This document shows positions 17,569 through 26,389 of a DNA stretch of 64,000 nt, one piece after another (positions within the stretch are counted from its first letter, which is position 1; each line of letters begins with the position of its first letter). The notes under the pieces were generated by a model. That model was not told where the DNA came from. It saw only the letters and a program-made list of their open reading frames with translations, and made no database searches. The translations under genes and the position numbers were made by a program. The stretch comes from a phage, in sequence record PZ379075.1; one strand, 5' to 3'.

Positions 17569-17777
17569 TGAAAAAGATGTGGGCTATTCATGTTGTTTGG
17601 GATCTTGAGCAACACATGAGAAAAGATAACATCAAATTGTTTGACACTCGCAAAGAGGCTCGTATTGCTAAGAAACAGTTGAAGACTCTGGGCACAATAG
17701 TAAAAAGCGCTGACATACATCGCTGGTATGAAGACCCTAACACTGGTTCTTTTATGTCTAAAGTAATTTACTACTGA
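17568..17777 (+). CDS. small basic protein, paralog 3
   Basis: 69 aa; TAATG overlap; ends in YY. Confidence 0.55.
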   Translation: MKKMWAIHVVWDLEQHMRKDNIKLFDTRKEARIAKKQLKTLGTIVKSADIHRWYEDPNTGSFMSKVIYY

Positions 17778-17849
17778 TTGGTAGTAGATATGATAACTCT
17801 CAAATGTATATAGAGTACAATAAGAATTTGTATTTTACAGGAGAGAGTT

Positions 17850-18179
17850 ATGTTAGATTTGAGTAAAGTGGCCCCGCCCACTGAAGAGATTACAAAATCC
17901 AAGGTGATGCAACAGTTTTATCATCGTGATATGCTTGGTCGCTTTATCAAGAATCGTGATGTTGTTGCTTGGTCTATTGGTAATCAGGGATATCTGTTGA
18001 AGGTTCTTCAGGTTACAGGTTCAACTGCTAAGCGAGTTAAGGTGTATGACCCTGAAATGGGGCGTTCTAAGTCAGTAGACCCACAGAACTGCATCGTAAT
18101 TACCCAGCAGGTAATGGATAATATTGCACGTAACGTTGCTAACTCAGTTGAACTTGATGGAGAAAACCCAAATGCATAA
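17850..18179 (+). CDS. hypothetical protein
   Basis: 109-aa ORF. Confidence 0.5.
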   Translation: MLDLSKVAPPTEEITKSKVMQQFYHRDMLGRFIKNRDVVAWSIGNQGYLLKVLQVTGSTAKRVKVYDPEMGRSKSVDPQNCIVITQQVMDNIARNVANSVELDGENPNA

Positions 18180-18735
18180 GAATGTTTTTGATTTACCTGA
18201 GATTGGTCGTGACAGCTATAGCATGTTAGACCGGTCCGACCTATCAATCTCTCGCCTTGAAACAATGCAAGGCATGATTAGTGGAAACAGCCTAGAACAC
18301 ATCCTGAGCTGCTTACAAGCTAACATGGAACTCTTGCATATCAAAGCTAAAAACTACCACTGGAACGTCTCTGGTGCAGGATTTCAGGGTGTTCATGGTA
18401 TGTTTGATGAGCTGGAAGATTACGCACGACAGGTAGGAGATCGTATTGCTGAACGTATGCGTTACCACTGTGTTAAAGTGGATGCTACAGCAGCTAATTA
18501 TCTTTCTCATGCTTGGTTCTCAGAGGGGAATGCTGATCTAGACATGGACGGTATGCTCTCTGATATGTGCATGACCTTGATGTGTATTATTGAGAAGATG
18601 GATGAGTTTGATGGTGATTTAGCCTCCTACCCTGTCGATCAGAGTATGCTTCAAGAAATTAATGAAGGTCTTGGCAAGTATTGCTACTTCGTCAAGAGCA
18701 ACATGTCCCATTCAAGTGGTGACGTGTCTTACTAA
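18172..18735 (+). CDS. Dps-like ferritin-fold protein
   Basis: HIKAKNYHWNVSGAGFQGVHGMFDELEDYARQVGDRIAERM resembles the Dps ferroxidase-centre helices. Preferred start is the ATG at 18172 (GGAG upstream), not the track's 18124. Confidence 0.55.
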   Translation: MHKNVFDLPEIGRDSYSMLDRSDLSISRLETMQGMISGNSLEHILSCLQANMELLHIKAKNYHWNVSGAGFQGVHGMFDELEDYARQVGDRIAERMRYHCVKVDATAANYLSHAWFSEGNADLDMDGMLSDMCMTLMCIIEKMDEFDGDLASYPVDQSMLQEINEGLGKYCYFVKSNMSHSSGDVSY

Positions 18736-18795
18736 AACCTCCGCCCTGTCTCCTAACCCGAGGTGGGGCGAACTTATTTATAAGGATATAGATAT

Positions 18796-18975
18796 ATGTT
18801 ATCAGCAATCGTATGGGGTATTTGGGCTATCTTTATCGGTGGTGGTATTTATTGGGCTTCTGGTAAGCTTATTGAAGAAACTCCTGATAAGAAAGGTGAG
18901 ATTCAAACAGCATCAACCATCATGGTTATCGTAGCTGTTGTTATCCCATTCCTGCTTCACCTCCTGACTGCATAA
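18796..18975 (+). CDS. small predicted membrane protein (59 aa, two hydrophobic helices)
   Basis: ATG-initiated ORF in a gap; hydrophobic segments IVWGIWAIFIGGGIYWA and IMVIVAVVIPFLLHLL. Preferred over the overlapping track ORF 18662-18934, which runs into the Dps gene. Confidence 0.35.
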   Translation: MLSAIVWGIWAIFIGGGIYWASGKLIEETPDKKGEIQTASTIMVIVAVVIPFLLHLLTA

Positions 18976-18983
18976 GGATTTAC

Positions 18984-19259
18984 ATGTCTAAAGTAATTAA
19001 GTTTTATAGTGATCAGTGTGCTCCATGTAAAGCAATGGCTCCTACCTTTGAGAAGGTTGTTAAGGAGTTTGATGTAGAAGTGGAAGAGATTAACATCCTT
19101 GAAGGTGATGGTCGTGAACAAGCTGTTAAGTATGGTGTACGAAGCATCCCTGCTTTTGTTGTGCCTGACCGTAACAGTGGTGCACACTACAGCCTCTCCG
19201 GTATGCAGACTGAAGCAAACCTGAAAGCATTTTTGGACACAGCCCTGAGAAATAAGTAA
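18984..19259 (+). CDS. thioredoxin
   Basis: 91 aa with CAPC (CxxC) active-site motif in the expected position (FYSDQCAPCKAMAP). Confidence 0.7.
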   Translation: MSKVIKFYSDQCAPCKAMAPTFEKVVKEFDVEVEEINILEGDGREQAVKYGVRSIPAFVVPDRNSGAHYSLSGMQTEANLKAFLDTALRNK

Positions 19260-19274
19260 TAAGGATATTCACGG

Positions 19275-19931
19275 ATGAATGAACAACTACAAGCAACATT
19301 AATCGAAGCTATGGGAAGTGATCGTAGCGTAGTAAACGCAGCTCGAGTTTCCTTTGGCGTAACCCGTGAAGGTGATTTAAATGAACGTGATGAACGTCTC
19401 ATCAACTTCCTCGCAAGAGAGAAGCATGTTACCCCATTCCGACACCCGCAAGTCAGTTTCCGATGCAAAGCACCTATCGCAATTGCAAGACAGTTGGGCA
19501 AGCATCAGGTTGGATTCTCGTGGAACGAAATGTCCCGGCGGTATAAAGATGGAGCAGTTGAAGTCTTCATCCCTAAAGAGATTTTTGCGAGACCTTCGGA
19601 CCTCCATGCAGGTTCAGGGATTCAACTCATCGACGGAGAGCGAGCTGAAGCATTAATGTTAATTAACGATGCATATGAAGCTTCTCTAGCAGCATATGAC
19701 AAGTTGATTGAGTTTATTGCACCAGAGCAAGCTCGATTTGTTCTTCCTCAGGGGATGATCACTGAGTGGGTGTGGACCGGTTCTTTGTATGGCTGGTTTG
19801 AGTTGTGTCGTCAGCGACTCTCCTCTCACGCTCAATATGAAGTTCGAGTGTTTGCTAAATCTGTAGACGAAGAGATGTCTAAGATCTACCCAATCTCGTG
19901 GGCAGCTCTGAAGAAAACATTGGAGATTTAA
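19275..19931 (+). CDS. thyX: flavin-dependent thymidylate synthase
   Basis: ThyX signature RHPQVSF...S.NEMSRRY (RHR...S motif), 218 aa. Confidence 0.7.
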   Translation: MNEQLQATLIEAMGSDRSVVNAARVSFGVTREGDLNERDERLINFLAREKHVTPFRHPQVSFRCKAPIAIARQLGKHQVGFSWNEMSRRYKDGAVEVFIPKEIFARPSDLHAGSGIQLIDGERAEALMLINDAYEASLAAYDKLIEFIAPEQARFVLPQGMITEWVWTGSLYGWFELCRQRLSSHAQYEVRVFAKSVDEEMSKIYPISWAALKKTLEI

Positions 19932-20077
19932 TATTGGAAGAAGATGACGACGTGTTCTGTACCAAGTGCGGAATGACAGTGGATGATGCATATGACCCAA
20001 GTGTAGAAATTTGTCCATGTTGCGGGGTATGTGAGTATTGCTGTTCTCATAATCCAGAGGATTAGCAGGAATTTCTG

Positions 20078-20311
20078 ATGAAAATCAAACATATTACAGA
20101 TATTCAGGAGGCATTTAGGATGCTTCCTCGAAGAGAGAAGGATAAGATTAAAAAGCTTATTCAAGTTTATGGTCATACATCTAAAGATGATGTAGACTAT
20201 ATGCCTTCTACTTTCGTAGAGTGTGGGATTGCTCGCGGTTTCACATTCGACCATAAAGTATTTCAGCAATTCGTTGACCACTGGAGAAAAGATGGAAAAG
20301 AAAGTCTGTAG
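20078..20311 (+). CDS. hypothetical protein
   Basis: 77-aa ORF. Confidence 0.45.
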   Translation: MKIKHITDIQEAFRMLPRREKDKIKKLIQVYGHTSKDDVDYMPSTFVECGIARGFTFDHKVFQQFVDHWRKDGKESL

Positions 20312-20477
20312 CTTCTGTAAGAAAGAGAAACCTATCGCCAACTTCAAACCTAACCCTGTAACCGGTCTGACCCATGTCATGTGCCACTCTTGCAGGATAT
20401 ATCTTGAAACAAAGCACACTATCAATAGGTTGCACTATTATCACCCAACAACATTCAAATTTAAGGTTGTGAAATGA
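20292..20477 (+). CDS. small zinc-ribbon protein
   Basis: ATG at 20292 with GGAG upstream; CSFC...CHSC spacing typical of a zinc ribbon. Confidence 0.4.
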   Translation: MEKKVCSFCKKEKPIANFKPNPVTGLTHVMCHSCRIYLETKHTINRLHYYHPTTFKFKVVK

Positions 20478-20797
20478 TTGACAGTAATACATTTAGGACT
20501 TCAAATGGAAGTGAAATAAGTCCCGCTGAAGTAATCAATCGGCATAGAAGGCAATTGATCATCCATTCCTATTTGTATTACTGGTTGGATGACCCTATCT
20601 GGTCTGATGATAAATGGCAACAAGTTGCTAATGATCTAGTGGAGCTGCAAGCTCTGTATCCAGAACCTACTGGAGTCTTTGACAACGAGTTTAAAGATTG
20701 GGATGGTTCTACAGGTATGCATCTCCCACATAACGAAGCTGTTGCTTGTATGGCGACAGCTGTTTACAGACTTCATAAAGAGGTTAACGTCGCATGA
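20474..20797 (+). CDS. hypothetical protein
   Basis: 107-aa ORF. Confidence 0.5.
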   Translation: MIDSNTFRTSNGSEISPAEVINRHRRQLIIHSYLYYWLDDPIWSDDKWQQVANDLVELQALYPEPTGVFDNEFKDWDGSTGMHLPHNEAVACMATAVYRLHKEVNVA

Positions 20798-20994
20798 GCG
20801 TAGTTTATGTTCTAGAAAGATACGCTGAAGATCACAACAGTATTGTTGCCATATTTAAACATGCCCCGGATGTTGAGGACATTTTGAATGTGACTCACTT
20901 AACTGATGTTGATAAAATCAAAGACCTCATCAGGAATGACAATGCCCACATAGGTGACTCTCTGTGGTCTCTTACTGAATGGACATTGTGGTGA
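20794..20994 (+). CDS. hypothetical protein
   Basis: 66-aa ORF; start overlaps upstream stop. Confidence 0.4.
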   Translation: MSVVYVLERYAEDHNSIVAIFKHAPDVEDILNVTHLTDVDKIKDLIRNDNAHIGDSLWSLTEWTLW

Positions 20995-21176
20995 AGTGCT
21001 CTAAATGTGAAGGAACAAACCTTCATTTAAGTAACAAGGTTATCAGAGAGCTTGCTAAAGGCTCTCCAACCAAAGGGAAGAACAAACGATTTACTAACGT
21101 CAGGGTTTATACAGCAATCTGTAAAGACTGCTTAACTACTGAGTGTCATTACGAAGAAATTGGAGAGCGTAAATGA
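20979..21176 (+). CDS. small zinc-ribbon protein
   Basis: 65 aa; CSKCEG...CKDC. Confidence 0.4.
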   Translation: MDIVVKCSKCEGTNLHLSNKVIRELAKGSPTKGKNKRFTNVRVYTAICKDCLTTECHYEEIGERK

Positions 21177-21910
21177 GTCGTCGTCAATCACGGAAAGAAT
21201 CACGGAAAGACCTTCGTCGGGAAGCACTTGTTACTCGTAAAGGTAAGCGAGAGTATGAAGAGGTGGTTTTAGCAAAGCCTGTAGTCCCTCAGAACCAGTT
21301 TCAGTCTGAGCTACTCAATGCTATTAAGACTAAACAAGTTGTGTTCACAGACGCTCCTGCGGGCTGTGGTAAGACCTTTGTAATCACTTCCACAGTTATT
21401 GATGCACTGAAGAGCGGTAAGATTCAGAAGATCATTCTGAGTCGCCCTTCGGTTGGCATGGGCAACTCTCTTGGGTTACTTCCGGGAGGAATGCGTGAGA
21501 AGTTTGAACCATACCTGATGCCTATCATTGATGTTATTACTCAGCGATATGGTAAGGGATTCTATGAATGCCAAATCGGAAATGGTAACATTGAGTTTGT
21601 ACCTCTGGAATATCTCCGTGGTCGTTCTTTCAATGATGCTATTGTTATTGTTGATGAGTTCCAGAACACAACTAAGGATGAAGCCTTCTCCATCATGACT
21701 CGATTGGGAGAAACCTCTCAATTGTTCTGTATGGGTGATACAAACCAGCATGATATGCGTGGTCGCGAGAGTGGTCTAACTTGGGCTACTAACTTTATTG
21801 ATGAACACGATCTGTATGAGTTTGCTGAGATTGTAGATGGTGAATCAGATGATATTGTTCGTTCTGGTTTCTGTAAGGCGATTGTTAAAGCAATGGAAAA
21901 GAAAGCTTAA
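21173..21910 (+). CDS. phoH: PhoH-like ATPase
   Basis: Walker A in context FTDAPAGCGKTFV and overall PhoH-like layout; 245 aa. Confidence 0.7.
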   Translation: MSRRQSRKESRKDLRREALVTRKGKREYEEVVLAKPVVPQNQFQSELLNAIKTKQVVFTDAPAGCGKTFVITSTVIDALKSGKIQKIILSRPSVGMGNSLGLLPGGMREKFEPYLMPIIDVITQRYGKGFYECQIGNGNIEFVPLEYLRGRSFNDAIVIVDEFQNTTKDEAFSIMTRLGETSQLFCMGDTNQHDMRGRESGLTWATNFIDEHDLYEFAEIVDGESDDIVRSGFCKAIVKAMEKKA

Positions 21911-21919
21911 ACAGTAACT

Positions 21920-21946
21920 TATAATGTATACTCCTTAGTGTACACT
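21920..21946 (+). promoter_or_regulatory. promoter-like -10 element followed by a 10-bp perfect palindrome
   Basis: TATAAT at 21920-21925, then AGTGTACACT (perfect palindrome) at 21937-21946, then AAGGAG and ATG 21967. Confidence 0.3.
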
Positions 21947-21966
21947 GATATATTAAGGAGTTCTAA

Positions 21967-22281
21967 ATGGCAGATCATGTAGGAAAGAGAGATTATGCAC
22001 AAGAAAGACGTACCGCAATTGCCCGTGGTGAAACAGGCGTTGGGAGCAAGAGCGGAGATGCTCAGCGCCACCGTGCACGTCGCATCGTTGAAAAGCGCGA
22101 TGGAAAAGCTGCTGTCAGAGGTAAAGACGTTGGACACAAACGAGCTGTCAAGTCTGGAGGCTCTAATGCGTCAAGCAACTTACGTGTTGAATCAGTCAGC
22201 TCAAACCGTTCAAACGGCGGCAAAAGTGGTGATCGAGCTGGAAAAGCAGCTGGAGCACGCAAAGGAGCTTTAAGCTCATAA
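21967..22281 (+). CDS. hypothetical basic Gly/Lys/Arg-rich protein (frame ambiguous)
   Basis: 104-aa ORF with strong AAGGAG RBS; a second ORF (21995-22273, 92 aa, helical composition) is open in another frame, so the true coding frame is uncertain. Confidence 0.35.
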   Translation: MADHVGKRDYAQERRTAIARGETGVGSKSGDAQRHRARRIVEKRDGKAAVRGKDVGHKRAVKSGGSNASSNLRVESVSSNRSNGGKSGDRAGKAAGARKGALSS

Positions 22282-22291
22282 AGAGGTTATA

Positions 22292-22585
22292 GTGTCAGCA
22301 GAAACAAAAAGATGTACAATTCACACTTATTGTAAATTCTGTAAAGCAGAGGGTGTAAAAAGAGTTGCAACTTTAATGACCAAGTATTCTCCAAGTAGAG
22401 GATACAGGGACCACTATAAGCACTACTCTTGTAGTGATCACTCCTATCTATTAGAAGATACAGACCCGAATAGAACAAGGAGAGAGCATAACATTGACCT
22501 GAGAGCTACTCTCAAGGAAATGAAAAATAACTCTCGAAACAACCATTACACTGAAGCTGACTATCAAACTTGGCTTCGTCTCTAG
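22292..22585 (+). CDS. hypothetical Cys/His-rich protein
   Basis: 97-aa ORF, GTG start. Confidence 0.4.
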   Translation: MSAETKRCTIHTYCKFCKAEGVKRVATLMTKYSPSRGYRDHYKHYSCSDHSYLLEDTDPNRTRREHNIDLRATLKEMKNNSRNNHYTEADYQTWLRL

Positions 22586-22587
22586 AA

Positions 22588-22620
22588 CAAAGGCTGCCTA
22601 ATCAGGTGGCCTTTTCTTTT
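22588..22620 (+). terminator. intrinsic terminator
   Basis: aaaggctgcc-taatca-ggtggccttt (10-bp stem with two G-U pairs) followed by TCTTTTAT. Confidence 0.45.
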
Positions 22621-22654
22621 ATATAAACCAAATTAAACTTCTTAGGTAATAAAT

Positions 22655-22909
22655 ATGTCTATTGTAAAAATCGTAAATATCATTGATGTAACTCGTACCG
22701 GTAAAACTATCAGTTGGAAATTCACCAATAAGCATAGAGGTTCAGAGAACATCATTCGTTCTATGATTCAACAAAACCCAAATACAGCTCGCACTAACGT
22801 ACTCCTTCGAGGAGCTGATGGAAAATTTATCTCTTATAAGAATAAGAACGTAGAAAAATCTTTCCGTGTTGCAGTAGAAAATCTCATCCCATTCCCTAAA
22901 GGAGTTTAA
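22655..22909 (+). CDS. small hypothetical protein, paralog 1 of a pair
   Basis: 84 aa; shares TART.V.LR...GKFISY...PFP.G with the next ORF. Confidence 0.55.
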   Translation: MSIVKIVNIIDVTRTGKTISWKFTNKHRGSENIIRSMIQQNPNTARTNVLLRGADGKFISYKNKNVEKSFRVAVENLIPFPKGV

Positions 22910-22910
22910 T

Positions 22911-23195
22911 ATGAATAAGTTAGCTATGGTTCAAATTCGGGACACATACCCTAACCGCCCGGAGCAGAAACCGCGTACTTGGTCTTATCTGTTAGCTGAA
23001 AGTAAGACTATTGACAAATACGCTGTAGGGATTGATGCTATTCCAACTAGTATCACATTGCTCCCTCACAAAACAGCCAGAACCCATGTGATGTTACGTG
23101 ATAGCAAAGGTAAGTTTATCTCTTATCGTGATTCACGAATCAATAATGAGATTAAATCTGCTATGGAATTTTTGATGCCATTCCCAAGAGGTTGA
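22911..23195 (+). CDS. small hypothetical protein, paralog 2 of a pair
   Basis: 94 aa; same motif set. Confidence 0.55.
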   Translation: MNKLAMVQIRDTYPNRPEQKPRTWSYLLAESKTIDKYAVGIDAIPTSITLLPHKTARTHVMLRDSKGKFISYRDSRINNEIKSAMEFLMPFPRG

Positions 23196-23198
23196 GTG

Positions 23199-23357
23199 AT
23201 GAAAGAATACATTTACGTAGGACAGCGCTGGTTCGGCGATGAATGGGAAGGCGGATACAGCGTTGTGAAAGCTTTTAAGTCGGAAGAAGATGCCAAGTCA
23301 TGGGTCTTAAAAGACGATGTTGGCGAGAGAACTTACATTGAAGTAGAGGTGGAGTAG
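23199..23357 (+). CDS. possible small ORF (52 aa)
   Basis: ATG with AGAGG RBS filling a gap. Confidence 0.35.
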   Translation: MKEYIYVGQRWFGDEWEGGYSVVKAFKSEEDAKSWVLKDDVGERTYIEVEVE

Positions 23358-23358
23358 G

Positions 23359-23781
23359 ATGCCATTACCAGCTAGATATCCAAACCGTTTCTTAGTTCTC
23401 AAGTGGGATGATATCGAAATGAATCTCACTGAACATGAACTGGATTTGTTCCATGAATTATTATCAGAAATTCGCTCTGGTATTCCTGAACGTCAGTATG
23501 TGGTTATCAGTGATAAACACCCTCAAGAGTTTGAAGAGGCTTGGGGTATGAAGCTGGCTTATATTCAGAGAGCTATTCAAGAAAGAGAAGAAGTTGCCAA
23601 TCAGAGGGTTGTGGCTCATTTAGTACGAGAGCAACCTCGTGAAGCTAGGGCTAACCATGCACCACCTCCACCCCCTCCTTGGACAGTTGTCAACGGGACG
23701 GTTAGGGCTTATAGTGATGAAGCTACCATGTTGAATGTAGTAGAAGATAACCAAGCCTTTACAGATTTACTTTACCAATAA
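23359..23781 (+). CDS. hypothetical protein
   Basis: 140-aa ORF; proline run PPPPPP. Confidence 0.5.
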   Translation: MPLPARYPNRFLVLKWDDIEMNLTEHELDLFHELLSEIRSGIPERQYVVISDKHPQEFEEAWGMKLAYIQRAIQEREEVANQRVVAHLVREQPREARANHAPPPPPPWTVVNGTVRAYSDEATMLNVVEDNQAFTDLLYQ

Positions 23782-23797
23782 TTTAAAGGAGTATAAA

Positions 23798-25642
23798 GTG
23801 AGCAACCCGGACGCTCTTCCATTTTTGACAGAGATGACTGTCGCTGATATAATCTCTAAGCAAGCAAAGCACGGAGTGAGTTTCAACCGAAGAAATGCTC
23901 GGTGGTATGTTCACCTCCTTAAAGAGATTATTGTTAATATTGACAGAGAGTTGATTCCTCTCTTACCTAAGATGAGATTAGATGGCTCTACTTACATGAA
24001 GCCATTTAAGAAGTCTGGAGCTTTACAGAAGTGGCCTCAAGCCTATTGTGATAGGGTTGGGCTGAAAAGAGAAGATATTGGTGGAGCTTTCACCTGCGTC
24101 GAATACGTAGACTTTGACCCATCGAAAGATGCACGAGTTAAAGAAGCTCTTATGGATGAGGGTTTTCTTCCTCCAGAGTTTAACGTATCTAAGAAGCCTT
24201 GGAATACTTTCGAAATTAAGAAAGATATGCGAAAGTATGGAACATACCAAGCATGGTATACTGCTTGGATGCGAGGTAATGCTAAGCAAAAGCAGACAGC
24301 CGAGATGGTTGACGCTGATATTAAGAAGTTCTTAGAAAAGCATTTCAGGTTTAAAACTAAGAACTATATGAAGGCTTACGTATTTGGTTTGGGATTAAAC
24401 CCGAATCGCCGTAATCCTGTAACGTTTGATGAGATTAAGAAAGCACTAGCCACATCAAACAAGTGGCCTACAGCTCCTACAAACCTCGAGGAGACTCTTG
24501 AAGAAGGGTTAGGGGGTGAGCTAGGGAGTGTCGGAAGTTTGCTTAAGAGACGCGTTGTAGCGGCTCACAGGCTAGGTCTTATCAGTGGACTCATAGCAAA
24601 GGAACGCGAAGATGGTAAACTTTCGGCAGAAGCTAACAGCTGCGCTACGCCGACTTTTCGATTCAAACATCGTATCGTGGTTAATATTCCCTCCCGTGGT
24701 CTGTTTGGTCACGAGTGTCGCAGTTTGTTTGAGTCTGACTATAACTCAGACAGTGATCACTCTCGTCCTTTCGTTATTACTAACGTTGTTCCTGATGGTT
24801 GTTATATACGAAAAGGTACTAACGTAATTTACGAGAAAGGTAAGCCGGGGAAGAAAGATAAACCTATAGGTGCTTACAAATATTACATACCCGCTGGTAA
24901 AGAAGTATTCTTAGGGTATGATGGTTCTGGACTTGAACTTCGTATGCTCGCTCACTACCTCATTAAAGAGTGTAGGGATATGCTTGCTGAGGCAATTGAA
25001 GAGAACAACCCAGCTAAGAAAGCTCTGGCAGAACGTGGTTTAGCTTCTGCTATTATGTATCGTGATATTCTCCTTGAAGGTGATATCCACTCCCACAACC
25101 AGAAACTTGCTGGTCTTCCTACTCGTGACAACGCTAAGACGTTTATCTACGCATTCAACTATGGTGCTGGTGATGCTAAGCTTGGTTCAATTGTAGGTGG
25201 TGGGGCTGACGAAGGTTCAGTGATGCGAGCACGTTTCTTAGCAGAGAACCCATGTATTGCAATCCTCATTGATCGTATGACAGAGAAAGCTGCTCAAGGA
25301 TACTTGATTGGAGTTGATGGTCGTAAGATTACAATGAGACGGGATGCCACTGGTAAGGTTATGGTTCATAAAGCCCTTAACACACTCCTGCAATGTGCTG
25401 GTGCTGTTGTTATGAAATATGCTATGATGTTCCTTAACAAGTGGATTGAGAAAGATAAGGTTCGTTGTGCTAAGGTAATTGATATGCACGATGAAGGTCA
25501 ATTCTCAGTAAACCGTAATGATGTACAGAAACTCAAAGAGCACACCGAGCTTTGTGTTAAGAAAGCTGGCGAGTATCTGAATATGGAATGTCCTCTGGCA
25601 TCTGATTGTCAGATTGGACTTAACTGGATGCATACACACTAA
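23798..25642 (+). CDS. DNA polymerase, family A (polymerase domain only)
   Basis: Motif A DGSGLELR, motif B RDNAKTFIYAFNYGAGDAKLG, motif C VIDMHDEG; 614 aa; no exonuclease domain in this ORF. Confidence 0.8.
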   Translation: MSNPDALPFLTEMTVADIISKQAKHGVSFNRRNARWYVHLLKEIIVNIDRELIPLLPKMRLDGSTYMKPFKKSGALQKWPQAYCDRVGLKREDIGGAFTCVEYVDFDPSKDARVKEALMDEGFLPPEFNVSKKPWNTFEIKKDMRKYGTYQAWYTAWMRGNAKQKQTAEMVDADIKKFLEKHFRFKTKNYMKAYVFGLGLNPNRRNPVTFDEIKKALATSNKWPTAPTNLEETLEEGLGGELGSVGSLLKRRVVAAHRLGLISGLIAKEREDGKLSAEANSCATPTFRFKHRIVVNIPSRGLFGHECRSLFESDYNSDSDHSRPFVITNVVPDGCYIRKGTNVIYEKGKPGKKDKPIGAYKYYIPAGKEVFLGYDGSGLELRMLAHYLIKECRDMLAEAIEENNPAKKALAERGLASAIMYRDILLEGDIHSHNQKLAGLPTRDNAKTFIYAFNYGAGDAKLGSIVGGGADEGSVMRARFLAENPCIAILIDRMTEKAAQGYLIGVDGRKITMRRDATGKVMVHKALNTLLQCAGAVVMKYAMMFLNKWIEKDKVRCAKVIDMHDEGQFSVNRNDVQKLKEHTELCVKKAGEYLNMECPLASDCQIGLNWMHTH

Positions 25643-25706
25643 GGTGAGTGATGAAAGAAACCAATATCATCTACAGAACATTGAGATGTTTAGCTAAAGA
25701 GAGGGG

Positions 25707-26015
25707 ATGGAGGATTTCCTCCTCCAATATTATGAAATAGCTAAGACTGGAATTTATCCAAAATGGTTTAGTGAAGATCAAGGATTATGCTTCAACTTTC
25801 GCTGTTATAAGAGGTATTACTATTTCACAAAGCATTTAGATATTGACGACATGAAGAATATGTTTAATCAAGAAAAGTTTTTTGACCCAACATACCCATT
25901 CGGATGTGATCAATATTTTAGAGATAGGGAAAACGGGGCACATCATAAGAATCCAAAACGACGTGCTTGGATTAAAGATACACTGAAAACTCTATATAAT
26001 ATTGAGGTTGAGTGA
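25707..26015 (+). CDS. hypothetical protein
   Basis: 102-aa ORF. Confidence 0.45.
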   Translation: MEDFLLQYYEIAKTGIYPKWFSEDQGLCFNFRCYKRYYYFTKHLDIDDMKNMFNQEKFFDPTYPFGCDQYFRDRENGAHHKNPKRRAWIKDTLKTLYNIEVE

Positions 26016-26206
26016 TGAGTGTTCGTGGTTATTATGAATCTTGGGCCGTCTTCAGTGGTGGCTCCACTCTCGTAGCGTTAAATGGTCAACTGTGTATCTT
26101 TGAGACAGAGAACTTAGCAATAACCAAAGCAGCAGAGCTAGTTCGAAAGTTTCCAAACAAGACATTCACAGTTAAAATGATAGAAGTACCTGCATTGGTA
26201 GAGTGA
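26012..26206 (+). CDS. hypothetical protein
   Basis: 64-aa ORF. Confidence 0.4.
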   Translation: MMSVRGYYESWAVFSGGSTLVALNGQLCIFETENLAITKAAELVRKFPNKTFTVKMIEVPALVE

Positions 26207-26389
26207 ATAAATAAGACGAATGAACTATTCTTATTGATTGGTTCGTAACAAGGAGATTGAAGTGGAAGAGATGCCATCGGATTGGTGTTATCGTCAGAGC
26301 GCCATCTGTAATGAACAAGGTCGTCTTGATGAGGCTGAGTTCTATCTAGAGCTAGCCGAACTGTGGAAAGAACGAGAGGAGAAAGAGTG

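Noticed and set aside
18662-18934. 90-aa + strand ORF overlapping the 3' end of the Dps gene
   Set aside because: Its start lies inside the Dps coding region with no RBS; the hydrophobic translation likely reflects T-rich sequence. A 59-aa ORF at 18796-18975 is preferred, also with low confidence.
19934-20065. 43-codon Cys-rich ORF (C..C...CPCCGVCEYCC) after thyX
   Set aside because: It would need a TTG start or a 30-aa product from an internal ATG; too short and too weakly supported to list as a gene.
21995-22273. Alternative 92-aa helical ORF overlapping 21967-22281
   Set aside because: Not rejected outright. It is left out of the feature table because only one frame can be reported without expression data; see the finding on this locus.
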